Origin: Octopus vulgaris
Lineage: Eukaryota
Assembly: GCA_951406725.2 (NCBI GenBank)
Contig: OX597823.1
Span: 95,728,001 to 95,792,000 of the forward strand
Direction of reading: 5' to 3'
DNA: 64,000 nucleotides
Position numbers and translations under genes: made by a program. Positions 51,376 through 64,000 of this stretch are shown here, in pieces (position 1 is the first letter of the stretch; each line of letters starts with the position of its first letter). Under the pieces are notes generated by a model. It saw nothing but the letters and a program-made list of their open reading frames with translations, searched no databases and was not told the DNA's origin.

Positions 51376-54300
51376 CATATATAAATCATATATTATAGCG
51401 CTTTCGTCCACTCTAGTGGATTCTTCAAATTGAATTAACTTTTGCAGGAGTTTTGACTCTTTTTGTAGTATTATTAAGTGTGTAGGGGCGGGGAGAGATA
51501 TAAGATAGTACAAGAGGGTGAGGAATGGGGAGAAAGTGAGAGAGAACGTGTGTGTGTTTGTATCTGAAAGATGTGTTAAAGAAAAAGAAGGAAGGGAAGA
51601 AGAAGGCGAGAAAGAAGAAAAAATTTGTTGATATCTTTGCAACTGGTCAGTTTCTCAATAATAAACAATTCTTGGCTTTTAGTAATGGCAAATTCAGCTG
51701 GTCATTCAAAACATGAATATAAATTATTAAAATCACTTAAAGTAAGTGATTTTAATAATTTATATTCATGTTTTTTAATAACTACTTGTATTCTTATCTT
51801 ATATGCATTGAATAATATACTATATGTATATATGTTATTATGGTTGTCGTTTTGATAAATAAATAAGTCAACATTTTAATATCCTAAAGCTGATGAACCA
51901 ACTAATGTGCTTCTCCATTTTCTTATTTGTTATATATATATATATATCAGTGAAATGTTGATGTGCAGCTCATCCAGACTGAGTCGAGTGCCTGTGTTGG
52001 TCACAGGCAAGGCATCAATGCAATCCCCCAAGAATTTCGCTCTTGCGAAAAATAGGCGACATCTTGAAAATTGAGATCAGATTGCTCAAAGAGAGAGAGA
52101 GAGAGAGAGAGTTGAATGTAACGCCTGAGTGTCTGTCTCCATTTGGAATGTAACGCCTAACTGTCTGTCTCCATTTGGAAAGGAGAGGATGTTGCCTACT
52201 AAAGGATAGCAAGCGTTAATGAAGGAAAGAAAACGGGGAAGAGACAGAGACGAACACTTACCCAGACCAAACCATTTGGGCAAAGCAGCCTGGTCGCGAG
52301 ACCCTGGCGAGTCTGACCAAGCATTTGAGTTCCCTGAAGATTAGGTCGTCAAATCATTAAAGAGACGACGAGAGTCTATGAGAGGGACTGTCTCTGAGAC
52401 AAGTAATTCCAAACTATATATATATATTTTTAAAAAACCTTTCTGGGACTCAATTGCTTTGTTTTTAAACTGTTGATATGTATCAATTGGACGTGTTGTA
52501 TGAACTACGTTGGACTTAATCTTTGTTCAGTATTGGTCCAAATCTCCCCTAGCTAAATTGCACCACCTGGTGGCGAAGTCTTGGCCATGTTTTGGGGCAC
52601 CATATCTCACTCGTACAAAAGGCTGACGATTATAATAATATATCGGTCAGTTGTTTAGTATTTCTTGGAAACGTTTGTCCAGGTACCGTTTGATAATAGG
52701 GATTTTTCCAGCCTTCATTTCTTTGAAGAGAGATGGGCAAGCTAAAAAGATATTAATGTTGCAAGTTCAGTTTTTGTTGTAGTTGTTTAATACAAGGTTC
52801 TAGCCTTGGATGATTTGCAAACCTGATGTTACCATCATTTGGATAACGCTAATAATGGTACAGTTTCCACATTGTACAAACGATATTGACGGCGGCATTC
52901 GATGGAATAAATTGTCCAAACGTGTTGAGCCGAACTCAGACATTAGCCAAGGTCTGTCATATCGTTTATTTTCCTTTGTTTTATTTCTATATTTATGTCC
53001 ATATCATCTGTGCAGCTATTTTGTTTGGTATGGGGAGACCATACAAAGAAAGGATATCAGCAGTATTTTAGGTTAGGTTAAACCAAGCAAAGATTGCAGA
53101 AGGATGATGTAAAGTGTATCTCAAGTGAAGAAAGTTTTGAGAATCTCGTTCTGCTATACTTATCGACTTTATTATTGATGTGGATGCTCCAACTGACAAT
53201 TACTCACAACTAATGATAGAAGACAATCGCCCAAGACACACTACAATTCAATTCCCGACTACATGATTCCGAAGCAAACTTCTTAATCATAGACTATATC
53301 TGCGCATACGATTTGAGATCTAATCTCCTGACATACACATACATAAAAAGATAAAGAGAGAGAAAGAGGAAAATGAAACTTGGTCGGGGAGGGGGACTGG
53401 ATATTAATAAAATTAGTAAAATAAGCTATATACGAGAGTAATGAGAAGAATTTTGCTCTATAAGGTGAGTGTTTTTTCTCACGGAGATATTTTCATTTGC
53501 ACCGGTTACCGAAACAAGGGGAATAACTCCAATGTGACTTTCAGAGACGAATTTTTCTCTTCCGTCGTCTCGTTCTCTTCTTAAAAATATTTATAAACAC
53601 ATATATTCATGTTTCATACATTTATAAATACCAATGTTAAGTTTTGTCTCGTTCCCCTGTTACATATACCTATGTTTAAGTTTGGCTCCTAACAGCAACT
53701 AATTAATTATTCTGTATGCTAAGTCACCTTCAGTTTATTACTCATCATGCTGATGCGATGTTCACGTTACCGATACCGGCTGCCTCTATTATTACGAAAT
53801 GTTCGCTACTGTTCTCAGGAAAACAAGCCTTATTTTATCACTACACCCATATTTTACGTAAATGCAGGTACGTAAAATTTTCTTGGGGCAGTTTGTCTTG
53901 TTTATACTGCGAGCATTGGTGATTATTGGCGATTTATCATGATTAACCCGTGCATCTCTTCAATTTATCTCTACTACAGAAGTTTACGCCAGTTACATGT
54001 TAACACTGTATCCACCACCATCCTCAAAAAAAAAAAAATAAAGGAACATTTCTAATACTGGAAAAAGTACCTGTCCAATTCTGGTCCTTGTTCTTCTCTC
54101 TTGCCGCTCCTTTTCTCCCTGGTTGCCCTTGTATTTCCAAGGTTTAGCCATGTTAAACTGTGTGTCTATGGAATACTCAGCCGCTTACATGTGAAATTTA
54201 CGAGTAAATATTCATTTAGTCGAATTACTGAATGCTCACTGGCGAAGTGGAATCATCACTTCTAACAAAACCAGCGTTACTACAGATAACACTATACCTT

Positions 54301-57300
54301 GTTCCCCGCTTAATCTCTTGTACACGAGCATCATTCACATGCAACCTAGGTACCTCATGCTAGACATATACTGAATTCAAGAACAGATACTGTGAGCTCA
54401 TCCTTTATGACAACCTTGCATCTTTCGGACAATACAAAGACTGACTCTCCATCACACATCTAAGAAACACTCTTGTTCCTTTCATTTTGTATTTATGATT
54501 GGTGTACCTAAAACCCTGCAAACGTTACCCCCACAGTCTCTGCAGATCCCATACACATAACGTTGAAATCCCATCAAAAATACAAAAATCTTTTTTTAGA
54601 GGCAGGAAATACTTCAACAATGATCAGTTGCTAATCTTTTCCAGTGTTCAAGTGAAGCCCACATTAGCATACTGTTGTCTCCCTGGCACACTAACATTCT
54701 GTGTGTGTGGTGGGGACATCTTAACATTAGCCCCTCAAACAAGTCAATGCATTGGACCCTATAATGTTCATTTATTGACAGTAAGCCACAACATACATAG
54801 ATTAGAAGTGGGCCCTGGGCCCCTAACCAACTGTCCAGTGTGCTTATGTTTTAAGGCAACCCTGGGAATGTAAATGTGTGTACACACCTCATAACTATTA
54901 TTAAATACTGGATGTTTAACCTTTGCAATTTACTGTGTGTAGGAACAAAAGAAGTGAATAAAATAATAAAGTATACAAGTGCAGTATCTGCACTCAATGT
55001 TCCTCTGTATCTTTTGGTTGGTAACTTAATTCTTCATACTTCAGTTCACCAAACTGTACAAGGTGGGAAGAAGATCAGGGAATGAACATATAATAGACTA
55101 GCGATCTATCCATAGAATGACAGTTCTCTCTCAACCAGATAATGTTACAGGAGCCATGACCAAGCTTTAGCTTTGTAAATGTCTACAGCTTGGGTATACA
55201 TCCTAACCATTACTAGAATATTAATCCATATATTGGTTTCATACCCTATTCGCTTGCAGTTACCATTCATAAAACTATACACACACACAATATGTGACAA
55301 TACATTTTAACAATCAGCAAAGTCTTACAGTTACAAAGCCTTTATTTTATGTCTTCAGCTCCCCATATCGGTCACTTGTACACTGCTGTCTTATCTGATG
55401 CCATAGCCCGATGGCACAGGTTTAGGGGGCATGAAGTATTATTTGCCACAGGGACAGATGAACATGGCCAAAAGGTAACCCATTCTATAATGATATTTTG
55501 TCAATCTCATCTTTTTTTCTTTACATAACATTCGTTTTGTTCATTTCAAATCAACTTGGATCAAACTGACCTATATGTGTGCGTGTTTATGAGTGTGTCT
55601 TTAGATATATATACGCACGCATGCATATATATATCCATTCATACATATATGTATGTATACTTACATACACACACACATGTATATATATATATATTATTTT
55701 TTACTTGTATCAGTTATTAGACTGTGGCCATGCTGGGGCACTGCTTTGAAGAATTTCAGTCAAATGAATCACACCTCACAGTACTTATTTTTATTTTTAA
55801 AGCCTGTTGCTTATTCTATCACTAAGTCATAAGGATGTAAACATACCAACACCAGTTGTCAAGTAGTGATGGGGTACAAACACACACACACACACATATA
55901 TGACAAGCTTCTTTCAGTTTCCATCTCCCAAATCCACTCACAAGGCTTTGGTCAGCTCAAGGCTATTATAGAAGACACTTACCCAAGGTGCCATGCAGTG
56001 GGACTGAACCAGGAACCATGTTGTTGGGAAGCAACAACTGATAATTCTTGCTCTCCATAACTAACAAACTTTCTGTAGGAGCTCTACCAGACATTCCATT
56101 TCAATCTCCTTCAGCCATTCTTCTATATCTTTGCTTACTCTTACCAATGCAGTTATTATAGGTACGACCTTTACTCTTCTCACGCTCCAAATTATTTCTA
56201 TTTCAAGTTTTAAGGGTTTGTATGTTTTGTTTTGTTTTTTTTTTCTTCCTCTTTCTTTACAATCCTGGAATCAAACGGACATGATGGGTCAATAAGGAAG
56301 CAGATTCGCTTCTCTTTATCTACAATCGTTATATCTGGTCTATTATTTTCTAATTTCTTGTTCATTTGAATAGGAAAGTCTCATAAAATTATTATCATTT
56401 AATTGATGTTACTCCTTTAAATATTACCAAATGAAGTAGATTGAGATGTTTCTTTTGAACTTGTGGAAGACACATGAGATGTTGAAATGTTGTTCATTCA
56501 ATAACAGTCGCACACTTCTTATTGTTTCGTTATTATTATTATTTAAAGGATTGACGTTACTCCCCCAGAAAGTAAAGAAACCATAAGAAGAGTGCAACTG
56601 CCACCGAATGAACCATATTTCAACATCTTTTGTGTCTCCCACACAACTGCAGTCTTCTTGAGCCTGGTGCAGCCTTCTGGCTTCCCAGAGCCCCGATCGA
56701 ACCGTCCAACCCATGCTAGCATGGAGAACGGACGTTAAACGATGATGATGATTTAAATTTTTATTATTATTAATATTATTATTTTTATTATTATTATTCA
56801 ACAGATTCAGGTAGCAGCTAGCAAAGCCAAGAAATCCCCAGCAGAATACACATCAGAAAACTCTGAACTGTTTAAAGTAAGTCTTGTCTTTATATTTAGC
56901 ATTTTGGGGAATGAGACACTGTTTTGCAATGTCACCTTCGTTTATCAAAGGCCTGTTACAAATTTAAGTATAATTAGAGGCATGGCTGTGTAGTTAAGAT
57001 GTTCACTTAACAACCACATGTTTTCAGGTTCAATCCCTCTGTGCAGCACCTTTAGCAACTGTCTTCAACAATACTACAAGAGCCCCTGGCCAACCAACAC
57101 CTGATGAATGACTTTGGTAGACCGAAACTGTGCGACACCTGTCCTATATGTATGAGTGTCTGTGTGTCCCTCATTACTGTTTGACAACCAATGTTCGTTT
57201 GTTTACATCTTCATAACTTGGCAGGTTCAGCAAAAGAAGCGGGCGTACTGGGGTCATGCTGGAGCACTACCATACAAGGCAGTGCTCCAGCATGGCTGTC

Positions 57301-58221
57301 CTCTAATGAATAGAGTAATACTGAATAAGATCATATCTGAAATTTTTGTGCCAGACAATTCCCTATATGGACAGTGATGAAGTGGATGAAATCAGCTTTC
57401 TTTAAAATAAAATGAAAAAAACATTATAAAATGTTTTATAAAAGCATTAAAGAGGTAAGTCTTTATTCAACATCAAACATTACAAAAATATGATGAGGTC
57501 ATTTAATATGAAGCGTCATAAAAAAATAATTACCATTGGTATATTAAATCACTGGTGGCTGCCATGGTTGGCAAAGAGTAAAATGCCAACGTACAGTGCA
57601 AGTCTAAATATTATTGTACAGCACAGTCGTCTGTCTTTATGTTCTGAGTTCAAATTCCGCCGAAATCGACTTTACCTTTCATCCTCTCGTGGTTGATAAA
57701 TTAAGTACCAGGTGCGTACTGTGGTCGATCTAATCAACTGCCTACCTCCCACCAAATTTCAGGCCTTGTGCCGAGAGTAGAAAGGATTATTTTCAGCACA
57801 GTAAACCTTTCTCTTTAGACGGAGTTAAGTGTGAAGGCAAACAGAGTTATGTACCTTGTCTACAGATGAAACCAGATTGCCCAAAGGCGAAGTTTTTACC
57901 ATATTGGTCACTGGACATCGTTAAGCTGTTGTCCATCATCCCCACCCTCTCTCCTCTGTGAAACACATGTCTTGTCGCCTTTCTGGGAAACAGGGGAAGA
58001 TTGGTTGACAAGAAGGGAACCTGGCTGGAGAATATCTGCCTAAATGAATTCCTTCCAACCAATGCACAGAAAAATTGACGTTAAAATGATGATTTATGAG
58101 GAGGAGGATGTTGATGATGTCTGATGAGGATGATTGCATGTGTTCAAGTACTTTTAGATGATTGCAAGATTATCTTAACTCATTGATATTATTAAAATAA
58201 GCAGCAGGATATCAAATAGTG

Positions 58222-58309
58222 ATGCAGTACGACCGTTTCAAACTGTTCCATTTAATTGAACAATGCAATTGTTACATCAATTTAAATGCAGTGCCATCTT
58301 CAGCTGCAC
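58222..58309 (-). ncRNA. Type I hammerhead ribozyme motif (family B), mirror copy
   Basis: Exact reverse complement of 58525-58612. Confidence 0.8.
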
Positions 58310-58524
58310 AAATAAATAGAATTTTAACAAGCAGGACACATTAATATAATTTTGCTCAAATACTTTAACAGAGCAAGAAGATGGAAGAAATTCATGTTGT
58401 CACTAATGTAGCTAAGAACAAACTACAATAGCAACAACATGAATTTCTTCCATCTTCTTGCTCTGTTAAAGTATTTGAGCAAAATTATATTAATGTGTCC
58501 TGCTTGTTAAAATTCTATTTATTT

Positions 58525-58612
58525 GTGCAGCTGAAGATGGCACTGCATTTAAATTGATGTAACAATTGCATTGTTCAATTAAATGGAACAGTTTGAAACG
58601 GTCGTACTGCAT
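58525..58612 (+). ncRNA. Type I hammerhead ribozyme motif (family B)
   Basis: Stem I GUGCAG/CUGCAU; CUGAAGA 58531-58537; long stem II (ACUG/CAGU, CAUUUAA..UUG/CAAUUAAAUG, AACAAU/AUUGUU); GAAAC-GGUC-GUA, predicted cleavage after 58606. Confidence 0.8.
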
Positions 58613-58908
58613 CACTATTTGATATCCTGTTGCTTATTTCGATTTTATTCACCTTACTTCAAGCTATGCAGATAATACTGGACTGACTTGGTGCCTCAGC
58701 TTAAGTACTTAATTCAACTGAATCTTTATTATTTCTTATCTCTCTGTCTGTCTGTCTGGTTTTTTACTTCTTTTTTTTTTCATGATCCCTATTGATCGAA
58801 ATTTTATGTTTCTCTTTATATTCTTTTTTCAAAAGAAAAGCTCTACATTGTATTTTCTCTCCTCTGTGTTCGACCCTGTGTGACTAATAAAGAAACACAC
58901 CCATCCAT

Positions 58909-58946
<38 letters not shown>

Positions 58947-59713
58947 GCCATGATTCAGAAAATGAAAGAATCCAGAAATCTGGGCTGGATACTTGCCAAA
59001 TAAATTGTTCAATATCCTGTGGCCCTGTAGCCCTTGATGGACGTTTTCACACAACATTGCTTATTGTTATGTTTATATAATTTTTTAGACACTTTGAGTT
59101 TTATTTTTCAATATTTGATTTTTGTTCTATTTCTTATAAATATTATTACAAACAATGTTTAAATGAAGCATTATTAAGTGAGCCTATTGAGTGTGTGTGT
59201 GTGTATGCATATACACACACATACATATATTCTTACAATTCTGGTTCCTCTGTCCCCATTCCTACTTACTTTGTACCTTGAAAGTCCACCTAGGCACCTC
59301 ATGCCCCTAATTTTACCTCTTCCCAGTTTCATTTTGAAGACTCCCATCCTTCTATAACTTTAGTAGCCATGTTGATCCTCTACAACAGGAAACTTGTTCT
59401 AGCCCCTTCTTTCATGTTTTAACTCCTTATCTCCTAGCTTAATGACACCCCTGGGAGGTTTTATAGTCTTCTAGGTTGCATGGCAACCTTACTAGTGCTG
59501 GTCCCTCGAAAATAAAGCATTCAATACCCTCTGTAAAGGGTTTGGCTTTAGGAAGAGCATCAAATTGTAGAAACTGACAAACCAGACAGGAGGGTAGAAC
59601 AATGCCATCTTTGCACCCATCAGATCCTGTCAAACTTGTCCAAGCCATGTCAGCATGGAAGACAAACATTAAATGGTGATAAGGATGACAATGATGATGA
59701 CATTATATATATA

Positions 59714-59771
<58 letters not shown>

Positions 59772-59779
59772 CACATATA

Positions 59780-60292
59780 CAGGGTTATTCAAAAAGAACG
59801 AACCAATTCCATCACACAATATTTTAGTAAGGAAAAGCAATAGAAAACTCCAGCTAAGTCACAAGTATTTACTCACAATCAACTTTTATTTCCTGTCTTA
59901 TAAGTGTTCAATGTGGCCACCACTTGCAGCACGAACAACATCAGTGTGATAAGAGAATTCCTCCCAGATGCGTATCAGTATCGCTGTTGATCGACTACAG
60001 TGCCCTTGTGGCAGCCATTCAAAGCTTAGAAATCTCCACGATGACCTTAAACATCGAATAACAACAGCGATCAGCTCTGTGGATCGTGATATGCTGATAC
60101 ACATCTGGGAGTAATTCTCTTCTCACACTGATGTTGCCTGTGCTGCGGGTGGTGGCCACATTGAACACTTGTAAGACAGGAAATAAAAGTTGATTGTGAG
60201 TAAATACTTGTGACTTAGCTGGAGTTTTCTATTGCTTTTCCTTACTAAAATATTGTGTGATGGAATCGGTTCGTTCTTTTTGAATAACCCTG
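59780..60292. mobile_element. Tc1/mariner-derived foldback element made of two transposon 3' ends
   Basis: TA|CAGGGTTATTCAAAAAGAACG ... CGTTCTTTTTGAATAACCCTG|TG; about 200-bp inverted arms each encoding a transposase C-terminus ...IWE.FS...DV..AA.GGHIEHL*; inserted in a TA microsatellite. Confidence 0.88.
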
Positions 60293-62380
60293 TGTGTATA
60301 TATATGACTTGAAGGTTTGGTCGTTGTTTAGTTATAGATTTACTTATTATATTTATTCACAGATACTTTGTACATAGGGTAAATGGGTTTGAAAGTTGTG
60401 GTTTTTTTTGGTTTCCCAAACAACACTTATTTTAGTACTGTTAACACCACTGGATTGAATGGTATTGCCTAGGTGTCAAAATCATAATGATATGCTTAAG
60501 GCAGCTGATGATGGAAGTATGTTGGATTGTTGGTATGGCTGTTTTTGTATATATAGAATAGTATTATAACACATCCTTTTGATATAATATTTTGTTGCCT
60601 GACTGGCTCCTGTGCAAGTGGCACGTAAAAAGCACCATTTGAGCATGGTCGATGCCAGTACCACCTGACTGGCCCTCATGCCGGTGGTACATTAAAGCAC
60701 CCACTACACTATTGGAGTGGTTGGTGTTAGGAAGGGCATCCAGCTGTAGAAACCATGCCAAATCAGATTGGACCCTGGTGCAGCATCCTGACTTGCCAGT
60801 TCTCAGTCAAACCATCCAACCCATCCCAGCATGGAAAGCAGACATTAAACGATGATGATGATGATATAATATCTTTTGCAGGAAGCTTTCAAAGCTGGAA
60901 ATGTTGATTTTGATGATTTTATTCGAACAACAGAAGCTAGACATATCTCCGCCGTGGAGCAGTTGTGGGTAAGTTGTTTGGATGCTGTAGGTTGGACAGC
61001 ACTTTCTTACATTTACACTTGTAGAGTTGCACATTTGTGCAAATGTTTTTAGGTCATGCAGAAAATTTAGAAATTCTGTTTGAGAAAGGTCTAATGTAGG
61101 TGCATGTATGGCTGTGTGATAAGAAGCTTGCTTCTTGATCTCATGGTTTCAAGTTCAGTCCCACTTTGGACAAGTGTCTTCTATCATAGCCACAGGACAA
61201 CCAAGGCCTTGTGAGTGGATTTGGTAAACAGAAACTGAAAGAAGACCATCCTGTGTATATGTGCGTGTGTGTGTGTGTGTCTGTGGCTGTGTGTTCCCCA
61301 CCACTGCTTGACAATCGGTGTTGGTTTGTTTACATCCCTGTAACTTAGTAGTTCAACAAAAGAGACTAATACAATAAGTACCAGACTTAAGACAACAAAC
61401 AAGCCCAGGGGTCGATTTGTTCAACTAAAATTCTTCAAGCCAGTGCTCCAGCATGACCGCAGTCAATTGATTGAAACAAATCAAAATTAGTTTGTGTGTG
61501 TCTTTTATTGGCTCTGTTTATATTAGTTTTTTTGGAGTAAAGATTGTTTGCCAACATAACATGGCAGCCTGTGCTGGTGGCACGTAAAAAAGCACCAACT
61601 GATCGTGGCTGCTGCCAGCCTCCCCTGGCATGTAAAAAGCACCCACTACCCTCATGGAGTGGTTGGCGTTAGGAAGGGCATCCAGCTGTAGAAATACTGT
61701 CAGCTCAGACCGGAGCCTGGTGCAGCCTCCTGGCTTCCCAGACCCTGGTCAAACCATCCAACTCGTGCTAGCACGGAAAACGGACATTGAACGATGGTGA
61801 TGATGATGTTGCTGTAATTTACCCCCAGGAGACATCGTCTCCAGCTGGCTATACGACATGATCTGTGTCCTTATATATGGCAAACAATCTTTACTAGAAA
61901 TAACCTCTTACACAGAATTAAGGAATTCCTCTGAACCAAGATGTGTTGCATAAAGTTTATGTTTCCCTATGATACACAATTGTTGTTTTACCATTTATAG
62001 AGAACCCTTGACAAGAACGGTTTCCTTTACAAAGCTGTCTACAAGGGCTGGTATTCAACTCACGATGAAATGTTTGTCCCTGAAAACAATGTTGAAGAAA
62101 TCAAGATTGAGAATAACAACTCTGTAAAAGTAAGAACCAATTCCTAATAATGTTTTATACATTTTTTTTATTTTATGAATAAATTCTGTTGAGTCATTAA
62201 AGACTGAATCATTTAGTTTGAGCTAAATCCACGTCATAAGTTCTGGCAAACTTTCCCAGTTGGGTCATGGAGAGTAAAGACACCAGAGTTCTTTGTAAAT
62301 TGTCGGTACAAGAATAGGTCGTGATGAGACTGTTGTTGAAGCGTTAGCTCTTGTTGTGGCTGGTTACAATTGAACCTGTT

Positions 62381-62653
62381 GGGCATATGGCGTAGTGGTT
62401 AAGAGCACGGGCTACTAACTCCAAGATTCCGAGTTCGATTCCAGTCAGTGACCTGAATAATAATAATAATAGTAATAATATCAAAAAATACCTTAGGAAT
62501 GAGAACTCAGGTTTGAAATTTCCCCAAGACACTTGATGAAGGCTGGACGGTATATCAGCCGAAACGTTGTGTTAATAACAAACGAGATGAGGACAAATAT
62601 CCGTCAAATGTAAATAATATACATAATTCCTCATCTCTTAAATATAGAACTGT
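62381..62653 (+). mobile_element. Stand-alone SINE-like unit: tRNA-derived head, (AAT)n, hammerhead, PLE-type tail
   Basis: Starts GGGCATATGGCGTAGTGG (A box), GAGTTCGATTC (B box); body homologous to 8470-8718 and 20170-20405. Confidence 0.85.
62528..62573 (+). ncRNA. Type I minimal hammerhead motif (family A)
   Basis: GACAC-UUGAUGA-A-GGCUG-gacggtatat-CAGCC-GAAACGUU-GUGUU; C3>U in this copy. Confidence 0.7.
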
Positions 62654-64000
62654 ATGATTTTACATGAATATATTTTATCCAAAACTGCTTCATGTGACAT
62701 TAATTTTAAGGCATGAAGCTGGCAGAATTGTCAGCAAGCCGGATGAGATGCTGAGCAGCATTTTGTCTGTCTTTACATTCTGTTTCAAATTCTACCAAGA
62801 TTGACTTTGCCTTTCATCCTTTCAAGGTCAATAAAATAAATACCAGTTATGCACTGGGGGAGGGGGTCAGTGTAACTGACTTGCCCCTACCCTTGGAATT
62901 GCTGACCTTCTGCTAAAATTTGAAACCAATTACATACACACATATTTGTGTGTGGGTCTGTAGGAATAAAATATATCTCTTTTCAGATTTGTGTGGACAC
63001 AGGAAATGAAGTGAGTTGGATGGAGGAAATGAATTACATGTTTGCCCTGTCAAGACTAAAACCAGAACTCACAGAATTGCTTAACACACAATGTAAGTGT
63101 TCCATGTTGTATTTCTTCTGTTCTTCCATTTTGTATAAGAATCATCTGTGGAGACATGCAGAAAACGGTCGGCAGGAAAATAATGATGGGTGCTTTGGAG
63201 TTATGTGCAGCTAAACTAGACTAAATGCTAAGACAAAATGTCTGACTAATTTGGGATATTAATAAAAATACAAAGTGAACCAGTTAGAAAATGCATGAAA
63301 TGAATTTGCTCTCTGGTTGATATTTGTTGTATGTCTTCTAGAATAAGCTTCTACAAATCAGTTTTAATTTCCCATGTCTAATGACTTTCGAGAATGCTGA
63401 CATATAAATTTATCTGGTGTCACTGGAATGTCGATCTCTCACTTCTAAAAATACCATGTGACCTGCCTTGACCAATAGCAGCCCAGTTCTCAATACCTCT
63501 ACGTTTGGCTCACTAAGCCTGACAAACTAGGTTTCTGTAAAAAGCCTATACTACTTTAAGTTGCACTGGGCTGAATCAAACTGTTTTAAACAATCATCAT
63601 CATTTGATGTCCGTTTTCCAAGCTGGCATGGGTTGGACAGTTTGACTGAGGTCTGGAGAGCCAGCAGCCACACCAGGCTCGAAAAATTGTATTGTAGATA
63701 AACAATGACAGGGGAAAAAATGTACAACATATACCGAGTGTACAATTGGATAGGAGTCAGACACAGAGGTCCCTAATTCTTCATCAGTTATCAACCAGAT
63801 GGTTTTGCACCATTAATGATGAGACTGAGAACTTCGCATGCTGGCAGTGGCCATGAAAGTTGCAGAGAATATAGGGCTGAGAGCAAACAAACCAATACAG
63901 AGTGGACATACAAAAGTGAATAAATGTAATTTAAGACAATGGACAAAGATGAAACAAACAAGAAATGAGCAAAATATAGTCTTAGGGCCAAAAAGACATA

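Larger units (their letters stand above)
58195..58639. repeat. Near-perfect 206-bp inverted repeat (58195-58400 / 58434-58639), 33-nt spacer, one hammerhead per arm
   Basis: Arms are reverse complements with only one mismatch noticed (GCAGCAGG vs CCTGTTGC). Confidence 0.95.

Noticed and set aside
52114-52180. Direct repeat of about 31 bp (GAATGTAACGCCT...TGTCTGTCTCCATTTG); also a 17-bp duplication at about 43502-43537
   Set aside because: Two-copy local slippage duplications with no further structure
62381-62453. Functional tRNA gene
   Set aside because: Acceptor stem pairs poorly, no poly-T terminator follows, and it runs into a repeat body found elsewhere in the window
63791-63991. Hydrophobic ORF as a signal-peptide exon
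   Set aside because: Non-ATG start, no supporting splice sites, at the window edge

Overview
AT-rich, microsatellite- and repeat-dense metazoan genomic DNA; the repeat landscape (RTE LINE 3' tails ending in (GAT)n, Nin- and CORE-type tRNA SINEs) looks like an octopus/coleoid cephalopod (inference). Two spliced protein-coding genes converge. On +, the 3' part of an ITPRID2/SSFA2(KRAP)-like gene (about 9 phase-consistent exons, 8753-26755). On -, a divergent PEBP-family gene (4 phase-consistent exons, 49385-40584, first exon unresolved) with altered ligand-pocket motifs and a hydrophobic C-terminal tail. The rest is mostly mobile DNA: RTE LINEs carrying a PHD-like finger, Dong/R4-like LINE fragments in (AAT)n tracts, two solo LTRs with 4-bp TSDs, Helitrons, TTAA MITEs, a Tc1/mariner foldback and several Penelope-like element (PLE) remnants. 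Most notable: minimal type I hammerhead ribozyme motifs from 3-4 sequence-unrelated families. One family is a PLE 3' end that contains a tRNA-derived Pol III head, an (AAT)n tract and a hammerhead; it occurs attached to the GIY-YIG C-terminus, as head-to-head palindromes, and as a free SINE-like unit starting exactly at the tRNA 5' end. All calls were made by eye without database searches.
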